The translations under genes and the position numbers were made by a program. The notes under the pieces were generated by a model. It was not told the origin of the DNA, did not search any database, and was given only the letters and a program-made list of their open reading frames with translations. DNA of 64,000 nucleotides from contig JANRKS010000011.1 in NCBI GenBank assembly GCA_033763315.1, forward strand, positions 96,001 through 160,000, read 5' to 3'. How positions within the stretch are numbered: the stretch's first letter is position 1; the number at the start of each line of letters is the position of its first letter. The stretch comes from Deltaproteobacteria bacterium (lineage in GTDB: Bacteria > Myxococcota_A > Polyangia > Fen-1088). This document shows, piece by piece, positions 46,352 to 56,689 of the stretch.

Positions 46352-49030
46352 TTAAGCCGCGTCCTTGAGCATGCGGCGCAAAACGTAAAGCAGAATGCCG
46401 CCGTGGCGGAAATACTGCGCCTCTTGCGGCGTATCAATGCGCAGCTTCGCTTTGAAGCTGCCCTTGCTGCCATCGGGCTTCGTGTAATTCACCGTGAGGC
46501 CGCGCCACGTGGTGAAGTCATCCAGGACCTCGGGCAGGCCCTGCGTTTCGAGCACCTCTTCGCCGGTGAGGCCCAACGATGCGGCGCTTTGCTCGGGCAA
46601 GAACTCGAGCGGCAACACGCCCATGCCGATCAGATTCGAGCGGTGGATGCGTTCATAGCTTTCCGCGATGACGGCCCGCACGCCCAACAAGTTGGTGCCT
46701 TTGGCCGCCCAGTCACGCGATGAACCGGTGCCGTATTCTTTGCCTGCCAGAATGAACAACGGGGTGTTCGTGGCTTTGTATTTCACGGCCGCGTCGTAGA
46801 TCGGCATCACCTCATTGGTGGGCAGATATCGCGTGACGCCGCCCTCTGTGCCGGGCGCCAGCATGTTGCGGATGCGCACGTTCGCGAAGGTGCCGCGCAC
46901 CATCACCTCGTCGTTGCCGCGGCGTGCGCCGTAGGAGTTAAAGTCAACCGCGCCCACACCGTGGCTGAGCAAGTAAGCGCCGGCGGGGCTGTCTTTCTTG
47001 ATGTTGCCTGCCGGTGAGATGTGGTCGGTGGTGACGCTGTCTCCCATCACGGCCAACGTGCGGGCGCCCGTCACGTCAGACACGGGGCCGGGCTCAGGCG
47101 CCATGTTGTCGAAGAACGGTGGGTTGCGTACGTAGGTGGAGGCTGCGTCCCACGCGTACGTGGCTCCCGTTGGCACCTGCAAGCCACGCCAAGCGGCGTC
47201 GCCGTCGAACACGCGGCCGTATGCGCCCAGGAACATCTCGCGGGTGATGCTCTTTGCCACCACGGCTGCAACTTCGGCTTGGGAGGGCCAGATGTCAGCC
47301 AGGTACACGGGCTTGCCGTCTTTGCCCGTGTCGATGGGATCCTTGCTCAGATCGATGTCCACGCGGCCCGCCAAGGCCAAGGCCACCACCAACGGTGGGG
47401 ACATCAGGTAATTGGCGCGCACTTCAGGATGCACGCGGCCTTCGAAGTTGCGGTTGCCCGAAAGCACCGAGGCCACCACCAGGTTGCGGCCGTTGATCGC
47501 TTGCGACACCGAAGCCGGCAGGGGACCTGAGTTGCCGATGCATGTGGTGCAGCCGTAAGCCGCCACATGAAAGCGCAGCTGTTCAAGGTAGGGCAACAAA
47601 CCGGCGTCTTGCAGATAAGCGGTCACCACTTGGCTGCCGGGGGCCAAAGATGTTTTCACCCAAGGCTTGCTGGTGAGGCCCTTTTCAACAGCCTTCTTCG
47701 CCAACAACCCAGCGGCCACAAGCACGTAGGGGTTCGAGGTGTTCGTGCAGCTTGTGATCGCCGCGATGACGATGCTGCCATTTTTCACATCGGGCTCCAC
47801 CGATGCGGCTTCCGCGTCAGGTTCGCCTTTTTGCGCCTTCGTCAACGACGGCACGGCCGCTTCGAACGACTTGCCCAAATCGGAAAGCTTGATGCGATCT
47901 TGCGGACGCTTGGGGCCTGCCACCGAAGGCTCGATCTTCGAAAGATCCAAGTCCATCACGTGCGAATAAGACGCCTCAGGCGCGTCGGGCTCGGCCCACA
48001 TGCCTTGCTCGCGGCAATACGTTTCAACCAAAGCGATCTGTTCTTCCGAACGGCCGGTCAAGCGCAGGTAGCGCAGCGTTTCGGCATCAACAGGGAAGAT
48101 GCCGCAGGTGGCGCCGTATTCGGGGGCCATGTTGGCCAGCGTGGTGCGATCGGCCAGCGGCAAGCCTGCCAAGCCGGGACCGAAGAATTCAACGAACTTG
48201 CCCACGACGCCCAGCTTGCGCAGGCCTTCTGTGACGGTGAGCACCAGATCGGTGGCGGTGGTGCCGGCGGGCAGCGTGTTCTTCACGCGCACACCCACGA
48301 CCTGCGGGATCAACATGGGGCTTGGTTGGCCCAACATCGCGGCTTCCGCCTCAATGCCGCCCACGCCCCAGCCCAACACGCCCATACCATTGACCATGGT
48401 GGTGTGCGAGTCCGTGCCGAAGCAGGTATCGGGATAGGCCTGTCCTTGCTCGTTGGCGAACACCACGCGCGCCAAGTACTCGATGTTCACCTGGTGCACG
48501 ATGCCCGTGTCGGGCGGCACCACTTTGAAGTTGTTGAAGGCGTTTTGCCCCCAACGCAGAAACGAATAACGTTCTTTGTTGCGCGAAAATTCAATCTGGT
48601 TGTTCAGCGAAAGCGCGCCGGCGTGCCCCGACTCGTCGATTTGCACCGAGTGGTCGATCACCAGCTCAGCCGGCAGCAGCGGGTTCACCTTGTTGGGATC
48701 GCCACCCATGCGCACCATCGCGTCGCGCATGGCCGCCAAATCCACCACGGCGGGAACGCCGGTGAAGTCCTGCAGAATCACGCGCGCGGGCGTGAACGGA
48801 ATTTCGACGCTGGGCTCGGCCTTCGGATCCCATTTTGCCATCGCTTCGATGTGCGCGCGGGTCACCGCAACGCCGTCTTCAAGCCGCAAAAGGTTCTCGA
48901 GCAGAACGCGGTGGGCGAAGGGCAGGTGGCCGATTTTGAAGCCTGCCGCTTCGACGGCGGAGAGGCGGAAGATCTCGTAGGTCTTGGCACCCACGGACAA
49001 GGACGAACGGGCTTTGAAGCTGTCGGACAT
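46352..49030 (-). CDS. acnA: Aconitate hydratase AcnA
   Basis: [57 protein letters not shown]. Confidence 0.98.
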   Translation of the reverse strand: MSDSFKARSSLSVGAKTYEIFRLSAVEAAGFKIGHLPFAHRVLLENLLRLEDGVAVTRAHIEAMAKWDPKAEPSVEIPFTPARVILQDFTGVPAVVDLAAMRDAMVRMGGDPNKVNPLLPAELVIDHSVQIDESGHAGALSLNNQIEFSRNKERYSFLRWGQNAFNNFKVVPPDTGIVHQVNIEYLARVVFANEQGQAYPDTCFGTDSHTTMVNGMGVLGWGVGGIEAEAAMLGQPSPMLIPQVVGVRVKNTLPAGTTATDLVLTVTEGLRKLGVVGKFVEFFGPGLAGLPLADRTTLANMAPEYGATCGIFPVDAETLRYLRLTGRSEEQIALVETYCREQGMWAEPDAPEASYSHVMDLDLSKIEPSVAGPKRPQDRIKLSDLGKSFEAAVPSLTKAQKGEPDAEAASVEPDVKNGSIVIAAITSCTNTSNPYVLVAAGLLAKKAVEKGLTSKPWVKTSLAPGSQVVTAYLQDAGLLPYLEQLRFHVAAYGCTTCIGNSGPLPASVSQAINGRNLVVASVLSGNRNFEGRVHPEVRANYLMSPPLVVALALAGRVDIDLSKDPIDTGKDGKPVYLADIWPSQAEVAAVVAKSITREMFLGAYGRVFDGDAAWRGLQVPTGATYAWDAASTYVRNPPFFDNMAPEPGPVSDVTGARTLAVMGDSVTTDHISPAGNIKKDSPAGAYLLSHGVGAVDFNSYGARRGNDEVMVRGTFANVRIRNMLAPGTEGGVTRYLPTNEVMPIYDAAVKYKATNTPLFILAGKEYGTGSSRDWAAKGTNLLGVRAVIAESYERIHRSNLIGMGVLPLEFLPEQSAASLGLTGEEVLETQGLPEVLDDFTTWRGLTVNYTKPDGSKGSFKAKLRIDTPQEAQYFRHGGILLYVLRRMLKDAA

Positions 49031-49156
49031 GGGCAGCGGTTCTAGCACGATGCGCCCCAAAACCGATCCGGAATCCCCACTGAATTTTGATACAATTCAG
49101 ATGTTTCGGGCGTCTTTCCCAGAGCTTTCGTGGCGGCGTTGCAGAGGCCACAGGCG

Positions 49157-49852
49157 CTATGGCCAGCGACGATAGGGCGGCTTGGGTTTAACCACTTCTC
49201 CGTGGAAGAAGGCCTTGGCCAAGTGGCGGCCGATCGGGGCCACGTCCATGTTGCGTGCCACAGCGCCCGCCACCCCCAAGACGCTCAAAATCGCCGCTCC
49301 GGTGCCCACCGCCCAAGGCAGAAATTGATTGCGACGCAGGTTGCCCGGCACCTTCACCGTGACGTCGGTGAGGGCGTATTCAGGCGGGGCCGAACGAAAG
49401 GGGCCCGCCGCCGCCGCGCCCACCAGGGCCCCCGACACTTCAAGCCTAGCGCCCACGGGAATCACCACCTCTTCCACAGTGAGTTGCCCCGTCAAGCCAA
49501 ACGCGGTGGCTACCGCTTTTGCAGCCACAGAATCTGGGCGATGCAAGATGGCCAGGGCGTCAATGCGGGCTTCACGTCCATTGATGCGCAACGGGCCTGA
49601 CAGCCGCGGGGGCAATCCGGAATCCAACGGCACTTGCAGCTCAAACGCTTCGTCCGAACAAACGTCGTGAACGAACACGGTGGGGGCGATGGTTTCGGTG
49701 ACGCGAAGCCGCCAGTACACGCACGCTGTGCCCGAGGCGGGTGACCGCAACATCGACGTTGCGGCGGCGGCGGTGCCCTCAAGATTTTGCCATGTGGACG
49801 CGGGTTGCAGGTCCTGCAGTGGCTCTTGATGCGGCACCATCGCTTTGGTCAT
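49157..49852 (-). CDS. Hypothetical membrane-anchored protein (GIDE-like)
   Basis: LRSPASGTACVYWRL...EEVVIPVG, C-terminal TM helix; 4-bp overlap with the response regulator. Confidence 0.55.
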   Translation of the reverse strand: MTKAMVPHQEPLQDLQPASTWQNLEGTAAAATSMLRSPASGTACVYWRLRVTETIAPTVFVHDVCSDEAFELQVPLDSGLPPRLSGPLRINGREARIDALAILHRPDSVAAKAVATAFGLTGQLTVEEVVIPVGARLEVSGALVGAAAAGPFRSAPPEYALTDVTVKVPGNLRRNQFLPWAVGTGAAILSVLGVAGAVARNMDVAPIGRHLAKAFFHGEVVKPKPPYRRWP

Positions 49853-51282
49853 TCGTTGTCCTCTTCGCTTTCCCGGGGCAACTGGCCCTGTGCGTATTCA
49901 TCAAGCTTGCGGTACAGTGTGCGGCGATCCAAGCCCAGCCTTTGTGCGGCACGCGTTTTGTTGCCGCCTTCGGCTTCCAAGACGCGTTCGATGTATTGGC
50001 GCTCAAGTTCGTCCAGCGTCAGCCCTTGCGCCAACGCCGTGTCCAACCGCCCGCCCGTGCGCCGGCCGCGGAAGCTGGTGGGCAGATCCACAAGGCCGAT
50101 CATCGGCCCGCGCGACAGCGCCACCGCGCGCTCAACAATGTTTTCCAACTCGCGTACGTTGCCTGGGAACTCATACGAGGCCAGCAACTTGCGCACGTCT
50201 TCATCAAACCCACGCGCGCTTTTGCCGGTGCGCTGAGCCGCGCGGCCCAAGAAATGTTCAGCCAACGGCAGCACATCTTCGGAACGCTCGCGCAAAGCCG
50301 GAATGCGCATCTCCACCACGTTTAGCCGGTAATAAAGATCTTCGCGAAAGCGGCCGTCACGCAGCAGGTTCTCAACGTCCCGGTTGGTGGCGGCGATCAC
50401 GCGAACGTCTACCGCCACTGAACGGCTGCCGCCCACGGCCCGCACCTCGCGCTCTTGCAGCGCCCGCAGCAATTTCGGTTGCACGGCGGGTGGCAATTCA
50501 CCCACCTCATCCAAAAACAGCGTCCCCCCTTCGGCCTCCACGAACAGCCCTGTTCGATCGGCGTGCGCGTCAGTGAAGGCGCCGCGCTTGTGGCCAAACA
50601 GCTCGCTTTCGATCAGGTTCTCAGGAATGGCCGCGCAATTGACGGCCACAAAGGGCTTGTCTTTGCGGGGGCTGCTGTGGTGAAGCGCCCGCGCCACCAG
50701 TTCTTTGCCTGTGCCCGATTCGCCCGTGATCAACACGCTGACGGCGGAATCCTCCAAGCGACGGATGAGCTCAAAAAGCTCCTTCATCGGCTTCGATCGC
50801 CCAATGAGACTGGCACCCTTAGGCTCGCCGCGGCCCGTGGGCAAGGTGTCCGCCGGTGCGCCACGCTCAAGCAACGCCTTGTCGATCGTGCTTAGCAATT
50901 CAGGCAGCGCAAACGGCTTTGTGATGTAGTCGAAGGCGCCCAGCTTCACCGCGCGAATGGCGGTGTCGATCGAGCCAAAGGCCGTGATCGTGATGACCTG
51001 CGGCCGTGGGTTTTGCGCTTGGATCTCGCGCAACAGATCTAGGCCGTCGAGATCGGGCATCTTCACATCGGAGACCACCACGTCGATGTCCCCGCGCGCC
51101 AGGCGGCTCAAAGCGGCGCGACCGCCCCTCGCCACGTCGACTGTGAAGCCTTCGTCTTCCAGCTCCTCCCGCAGCAGGTCGCACATGGCGGGGTCGTCAT
51201 CCACCACCAAGAGCCGGGCCCGCTGCCGAGCGGCCGCCGCGCGCGCAGCGGCTGGATCGCCCGGGGCTGTTTGCAGCGACAT
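49849..51282 (-). CDS. Sigma54-dependent response regulator (NtrC/AtoC family)
   Basis: REC (VVDDD, SDVKMP, KP), GESGTGKE, ESELFGH, GAFTDA, FLDEV, FREDLYYRL, PGNVREL, Fis-type HTH. Confidence 0.96.
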   Translation of the reverse strand: MSLQTAPGDPAAARAAAARQRARLLVVDDDPAMCDLLREELEDEGFTVDVARGGRAALSRLARGDIDVVVSDVKMPDLDGLDLLREIQAQNPRPQVITITAFGSIDTAIRAVKLGAFDYITKPFALPELLSTIDKALLERGAPADTLPTGRGEPKGASLIGRSKPMKELFELIRRLEDSAVSVLITGESGTGKELVARALHHSSPRKDKPFVAVNCAAIPENLIESELFGHKRGAFTDAHADRTGLFVEAEGGTLFLDEVGELPPAVQPKLLRALQEREVRAVGGSRSVAVDVRVIAATNRDVENLLRDGRFREDLYYRLNVVEMRIPALRERSEDVLPLAEHFLGRAAQRTGKSARGFDEDVRKLLASYEFPGNVRELENIVERAVALSRGPMIGLVDLPTSFRGRRTGGRLDTALAQGLTLDELERQYIERVLEAEGGNKTRAAQRLGLDRRTLYRKLDEYAQGQLPRESEEDNE

Positions 51283-51285
51283 ACC

Positions 51286-52809
51286 CTATTGATCCTTGCT
51301 GATCGGCGCAGATGTCGCAAGGGCCTGCACGCCAGAAGGATCAGACAAAACCGGCAAAAACACGCGGAAGGCCGCGCCGCCTTGGGGTGGATCTCCCACT
51401 TCTATCCACCCGTCGTGGTCTTTCACGATGCCCAGGCTGACGGCCAAACCCAATCCTGTGCCTTGCCCGGTGTCTTTCGTCGTGAAGAATGGCTCGAACA
51501 CTTGGTCGCGCAAGTGCGGCGGAACGCCAGGTCCCGTGTCGCGGATCTCCAATAACAAAAACTCGGCCGGCGCCGCCAAGGCCAAGCCTTCCTTGCGTCG
51601 AACGATGCGTTCGATGCAAACAGTGAGCTGGCCGCCCTCGGGCATGGCCTGAATGGCGTTGTTCAGCAGGTTCAAGCACACTTGTTGAATCTCGGCGGGA
51701 TCCCCGGGAATGGGCGGAACATCGGCCGTGACCTCTAAGTGGGTAACGATGCTGTGCCGGGCAAGCGCCTCTTCAACAAACGTGAGCGACTCCCGCACCA
51801 CGGCGGGCACATCCACCTCTGTGAGGGTGGGGCGGCTCTTGCGCGAGAAATTCAGCATCTGCCGAATGATGCGGGTGATGCGCTCCACTTGGTCGGAGAT
51901 GATCTCCGCGTTCTTGTGCACTTCGTTCGGATCGGCGGCTTTTTTGTCCAAGGCGCGCGCGCGGCCACCGATCACGCTCAGCGGGGTGCCGAGCTCGTGC
52001 GCGATTTGCGCGGCCATTTGCCCCATCGTGGCCAGCTTCTCGGAATGGCGCAGCCGCCCTTCAAGCTGAGATCGGGCGCCCGTGGCGCGCTCTTGCTCGG
52101 CCTTGGCCTCGCGCAAGGAGTCCGTCATCGCATTGAACCGCGCCGCCAGAACGCCGATCTCGTCGTCCCGTTGCGGCAGCAAGGCGCGCGTTAAATCACC
52201 TTGGGCCACGCCCTCAATGGCGTCGTTCAACCGGCGTAGGGGGCGCACCACGCCGCCCCGCAAAAGTAACAGCATGATGGTGCCAAACCCAGCCACCCCC
52301 GAAACCAACCAAGGCAACGCCTTTTTGAGACTTTGCACCACCGATTCGTCGATGTCGGCGGTGGAGCGCCGGAAACCCAACACGGCCAGCACCTTGCCCG
52401 ATTCGGATTTCGGGCCGTCGCGCAGGGGCACCGCCATGGCGAAGAACGACGGCCGGTGGGGGGGCGAGAAGAACCAGCCCACAGGCTCCTGATCGATCTG
52501 CGACGCTTCGATGAGTTGGCTCCAACCTTCGTCGTCCACCTTCTGAGGCGTGACCCATACGAGATCCAGTTGCAGGGGCGCCAGCGCGTTTTGCAAACTC
52601 GCCGTGCGCGCGCCCAAGACGTCTTTGACGGTGGCGGCGTTGACGGGTTCAAGCGCCACCTGCAGGGCTTTGCCCACACGTTGGGCGTGTTGCTTGAGGT
52701 CGTCCTCCAGATCGCCGCGCCTCAGACGCATGAACGACCACACGGAGATCGCCAGCGTGGCCCCCATGAGCAATGTGGTGATTAGCGCCAGCCGCGGTCC
52801 AAGCTTCAC
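51286..52809 (-). CDS. HAMP-domain sensor histidine kinase
   Basis: Two TM helices, HAMP, AHELGTPL, NLLNNA, DTGPG, FEPFFTTK, GTGLGL; start uncertain. Confidence 0.93.
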   Translation of the reverse strand: MKLGPRLALITTLLMGATLAISVWSFMRLRRGDLEDDLKQHAQRVGKALQVALEPVNAATVKDVLGARTASLQNALAPLQLDLVWVTPQKVDDEGWSQLIEASQIDQEPVGWFFSPPHRPSFFAMAVPLRDGPKSESGKVLAVLGFRRSTADIDESVVQSLKKALPWLVSGVAGFGTIMLLLLRGGVVRPLRRLNDAIEGVAQGDLTRALLPQRDDEIGVLAARFNAMTDSLREAKAEQERATGARSQLEGRLRHSEKLATMGQMAAQIAHELGTPLSVIGGRARALDKKAADPNEVHKNAEIISDQVERITRIIRQMLNFSRKSRPTLTEVDVPAVVRESLTFVEEALARHSIVTHLEVTADVPPIPGDPAEIQQVCLNLLNNAIQAMPEGGQLTVCIERIVRRKEGLALAAPAEFLLLEIRDTGPGVPPHLRDQVFEPFFTTKDTGQGTGLGLAVSLGIVKDHDGWIEVGDPPQGGAAFRVFLPVLSDPSGVQALATSAPISKDQ

Positions 52810-52909
52810 GTTTGCCACCCATTGTAGTGCAAGCGTTGGCCAACCACTACGCGCGTGTCGGCGGTTGACGCGGCCGTGATTCGATGGCGGCTGCCTGCTA
52901 TAGGCAGGG

Positions 52910-53155
52910 GTGGCAATGAGCACAACGGAATTAGAGCGCAGGCTGGCGGCCGCTTTTCCCGGAGCGCGGGTCAAAGTTCAAGACCTGACCGGGACCAGCG
53001 ATCACTTCGCGGCCACGATTGTGGCCGAAGCGTTTGCAGGTAAGTTGCCCTTGGCCCGTCACCGCATGGTGTACGCGGCTTTGGGCGAATCAATGAAACA
53101 AGAAATCCACGCCTTGACGCTAACCACGTTGGCTCCCGGCGAAACCAACGCGTAG
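52910..53155 (+). CDS. bolA: BolA family protein
   Basis: DHF...IVAEAFAG...RHRMVYAAL...IHAL. Confidence 0.92.
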   Translation: MAMSTTELERRLAAAFPGARVKVQDLTGTSDHFAATIVAEAFAGKLPLARHRMVYAALGESMKQEIHALTLTTLAPGETNA

Positions 53156-53186
53156 TTCAAGCATCTTTTGTCGAAGGAACCACCCC

Positions 53187-53516
53187 ATGAGCACCTTGCC
53201 TCCCGATCTCACCAAGCGCCTCGAAGACACCATCAAAAAAGAACGCGTCATGTTGTTCATGAAGGGTAACCCCTCCATGCCTCAATGTGGCTTCTCTGCC
53301 GCTGTGGTGGCCGTTCTTAAAGAGGTGGGCGTGCCCTTTGGAACGTTCAACATCCTCTCGGATCAGGACGTGCGTGAGGGCCTGAAGATCTACTCGAATT
53401 GGCCCACGTTCCCCCAGCTCTACGTCGATGGCGAACTGGTGGGCGGCTGCGACATCGTGCGTGACATGCACGCCAAGGGTCAGCTCGCGCCGCTGCTCAA
53501 GGCCCAGCAAAGCTAA
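53187..53516 (+). CDS. grxD: Monothiol glutaredoxin Grx4
   Basis: LFMKG..PQCGFS, WPTFPQLY, GGCDI. Confidence 0.96.
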   Translation: MSTLPPDLTKRLEDTIKKERVMLFMKGNPSMPQCGFSAAVVAVLKEVGVPFGTFNILSDQDVREGLKIYSNWPTFPQLYVDGELVGGCDIVRDMHAKGQLAPLLKAQQS

Positions 53517-53537
53517 AGCCTAAGCCGAACCAACGGA

Positions 53538-56483
53538 GTGGCTGCTAAAAAAACCAAACCGGCTGCCCGCCCTGCGGTGGCGGCCGAGCCTGACTTTATC
53601 CAGGTGCGGGGCGCGCGCGAGCACAACCTGCACATTGATGAACTCACCGTGCCCAAGCGCCAGCTTGTGGTGTTCACGGGCGTTTCGGGATCAGGCAAAT
53701 CGTCGCTGGCCTTCGATACTTTGTATGCGGAAGGGCAGCGGCGGTACGTTGAATCGTTGTCGTCCTACGCGCGGCAGTTCTTGGGCCAAATGGAAAAGCC
53801 CAAGTACGAATCGCTGCGCGGTTTATCGCCCACGATAGCGATCGAGCAAAAGTCGGCGTCGTCGAACCCGCGATCTACCGTGGGCACGGTGACCGAGATT
53901 TACGATTACCTGCGCGTGTTTTACACACGGGTGGGTGATCAGCGTTGCCACCTGTGTGGCGGCGCTGTGTCCGCCCGGTCGGCGGCTGAGATCGTGGATG
54001 AATTGCTGACTTTGCCGCCGCAAACCAAGGCCGTGCTGATGGCGCGCAAGGCGGACAACCGCAAAGGCGAGTTCCGCGACGTGTTCGACGAGGCCCGCAA
54101 GGCTGGTTTTGCGCGCGTGCGCATCAACGGCACGGTGCAACGCCTGGACGAGGTGCGCAGCCTCGACAAGAACAAGAAGCACACAGTCGACATCGTGGTG
54201 GATCGCGTGACGCTGGAGGCAAGCAGCCGCGCGCGCATCACAGATTCCGTTGAATCCGCGCTCAAAGAAGGCGCGGGCGTGTTGGTGGTGGAAGTGGAAG
54301 GAGAGCGCCTCGACCGCATGTACAGCGAAAGCCGCGCGTGCGGCTCATGCGGCGCCAGTTTGCCCGAGCTTTCACCGCAGTCATTTTCGTTTAACAGCCC
54401 GCTCGGTATGTGCATCGATTGCAATGGCCTGGGTTCGTCGCTGGAAGTGGATCCTGAGCTTGTGGTGCCCGATCCGTCGCTGTCGATCGGCGAAGGCGCC
54501 ATCGAGCCGTGGGGCGAGAAAGCCGGCAATGAGAAGGGGTGGACAGCGAGCATTGCCAAGGCGCTGAATCGCCAATATGCGATCCCGCTCGATAAACCCT
54601 GGAAGAACTTAACCGCGCGGCAACGCGAGATTGTGTTGTTCGGCAACGGCGACGACGAGCGCCTGGACGTTAAGTGGAAGGGCGCCAACAGCACGGGCTC
54701 GTGGGCGATGAAGTTCTCCGGCGTGGTAAATACGATTAAGCGCCGCCTGCAGGACACGCAATCAGAGATGATGCGCCAGTGGTACACGCGCTATTTTCGC
54801 GAGACGGAATGCCGCGCGTGCAAGGGCCAACGTCTGCGCCCCGAATCGCGCGCGGTGTGCCTCGGTGAAAAGAGCATCGTCGACGTCACGTCGATGACTG
54901 TGGTTGAAGCGGCCCGCCACTTCGAGACGCTGAAGCTCAAGGGCGCCAAGGCACAGATCGCCGAGGAGATCCTGAAAGAGATTCGCAACCGCTTGGGCTT
55001 TCTGCTGAACGTGGGCCTTGAATACCTCACGTTGGATCGCGGGGCGGCCACACTTTCGGGCGGCGAAGCGCAGCGCATTCGCTTGGCCTCGCAGCTGGGC
55101 TCCGAACTTTCTGGCGTGATGTATGTGTTGGATGAGCCGTCGATCGGTCTACACCAGCGCGACAACCGCCGTTTGATCGAAACGCTGCGCCGGCTGCGCG
55201 ATCTGGGCAACAGCGTGCTGGTGGTGGAGCACGATCAGGAAACCATCGAAGCGGCTGACTGGGTGATCGATTTCGGTCCTGGCGCAGGCCGTTTGGGTGG
55301 TCACGTGGTGGCCGAAGGCACGCCAGCGCAAGTGGCGGCCACAAAGAAGTCTCTGACCGGGCGGTACCTTTGCGGCGCCATCGAGATCGAAGTGCCCAAG
55401 CAACGCCGCAAGCCCGTGGGCTTCTTGAAAGTCAAAGGCGCACGCGAGCACAACCTCAAAAACATCGATGTCAACATCCCCTTGGGCGTGTTGGCCGCGG
55501 TGACTGGCGTTTCAGGCGCGGGCAAATCCAGTTTGGTTGACGGCATCTTGCGGCCGGCGTTGCGCCGCAAATTGCTGGGCGCCCTCGATCCGGTGGGCAA
55601 GTTCGATGGGCTCGAAGGCGTGGAGCAGATCGATAAGATCATTGACATCGATCAAAAGCCCATTGGGCGCACGCCGCGATCGAATCCGGCCACGTACACA
55701 AAAGCGTTCGATCTGATCCGCGACATTTTTGCCGAGACACCCGAGGCGCGCGCGTTTGGCTACAAGCCGGGGCGTTTCTCGTTCAACGTCAAGGGCGGTC
55801 GGTGCGAAGCGTGTGAGGGCGATGGCGTGCGCAAAGTGGAGATGCACTTTTTGCCCGACGTCTACGTCACGTGCGAAGTGTGCCGTGGCCAGCGGTACAA
55901 CGAAGCCACCTTGCGCGTGAAGTGGAAGGGGCTTTCGATCGCTGAGGTGCTGGACACGTCGGTGGCGGACGCTCGGCCGTTGTTTGAGAACCACCGCCAG
56001 CTCAAAGCGATTTTGCAAACACTCGATGACGTGGGCTTGGGTTACATCCACCTCGGGCAATCGGCCACCACTTTATCGGGCGGCGAAGCGCAGCGAATCA
56101 AGCTGTCACGCGAACTGGCCAAACGCGACACGGGCAAAACGCTTTACCTGTTGGACGAGCCCACAACCGGGTTGCACTTTGAGGACGTTCGACGGTTGCT
56201 GATCGTGCTGGGGCGGCTGGTGGAGCCGGGCAACACGGTGCTGGTCATTGAACACAACCTCGACGTGATCAAGGCGGCGGACTTCTTGATCGACATCGGC
56301 CCTGAAGGCGGGGCGGCGGGCGGCCAAGTTGTGGCGTTCGGCACCCCAGAAGACGTCGCCAAGGTGCGCGGCTCCTATACCGGGCAATTCCTTGCCCCCT
56401 TGTTGGCAAAGCACGCGAAGGCCACCAAAGCGCCCGCGGCGAAGCCCACGGGCCGCACCAAGCCCTCCAGCGTCCGGGCCTAG
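53538..56483 (+). CDS. uvrA: Excinuclease ABC subunit A
   Basis: GAREHNL, GVSGSGKSSLAFDT, EGQRRYVESLS, two LSGGEAQR signatures, Zn fingers. Confidence 0.98.
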   Translation: MAAKKTKPAARPAVAAEPDFIQVRGAREHNLHIDELTVPKRQLVVFTGVSGSGKSSLAFDTLYAEGQRRYVESLSSYARQFLGQMEKPKYESLRGLSPTIAIEQKSASSNPRSTVGTVTEIYDYLRVFYTRVGDQRCHLCGGAVSARSAAEIVDELLTLPPQTKAVLMARKADNRKGEFRDVFDEARKAGFARVRINGTVQRLDEVRSLDKNKKHTVDIVVDRVTLEASSRARITDSVESALKEGAGVLVVEVEGERLDRMYSESRACGSCGASLPELSPQSFSFNSPLGMCIDCNGLGSSLEVDPELVVPDPSLSIGEGAIEPWGEKAGNEKGWTASIAKALNRQYAIPLDKPWKNLTARQREIVLFGNGDDERLDVKWKGANSTGSWAMKFSGVVNTIKRRLQDTQSEMMRQWYTRYFRETECRACKGQRLRPESRAVCLGEKSIVDVTSMTVVEAARHFETLKLKGAKAQIAEEILKEIRNRLGFLLNVGLEYLTLDRGAATLSGGEAQRIRLASQLGSELSGVMYVLDEPSIGLHQRDNRRLIETLRRLRDLGNSVLVVEHDQETIEAADWVIDFGPGAGRLGGHVVAEGTPAQVAATKKSLTGRYLCGAIEIEVPKQRRKPVGFLKVKGAREHNLKNIDVNIPLGVLAAVTGVSGAGKSSLVDGILRPALRRKLLGALDPVGKFDGLEGVEQIDKIIDIDQKPIGRTPRSNPATYTKAFDLIRDIFAETPEARAFGYKPGRFSFNVKGGRCEACEGDGVRKVEMHFLPDVYVTCEVCRGQRYNEATLRVKWKGLSIAEVLDTSVADARPLFENHRQLKAILQTLDDVGLGYIHLGQSATTLSGGEAQRIKLSRELAKRDTGKTLYLLDEPTTGLHFEDVRRLLIVLGRLVEPGNTVLVIEHNLDVIKAADFLIDIGPEGGAAGGQVVAFGTPEDVAKVRGSYTGQFLAPLLAKHAKATKAPAAKPTGRTKPSSVRA

Positions 56484-56689
56484 GCTTCTCGCCGCTGCCA
56501 GGTCGACCCTCTAGGCGCGACGCACAATGCGTAGCCGTGCCGGAGCGCGTCTTTACGTCAATTTTGCGCGTAAAAGCATACGACAGGTGGAATATGATCA
56601 AACGCATATGTTATATGTTGTTACATTGAGAGACACGGTGAGACGGCGCGACATCCGCGTCGACCTCCCTGTTGAAGAAGGAGCACGAC

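Noticed and set aside
47567-49045. 492-aa plus-strand ORF opposite acnA (similarly 37259-38794, 14804-15856, 44960-46060)
   Set aside because: Antisense shadow ORFs typical of high-GC coding DNA, with no recognisable motifs
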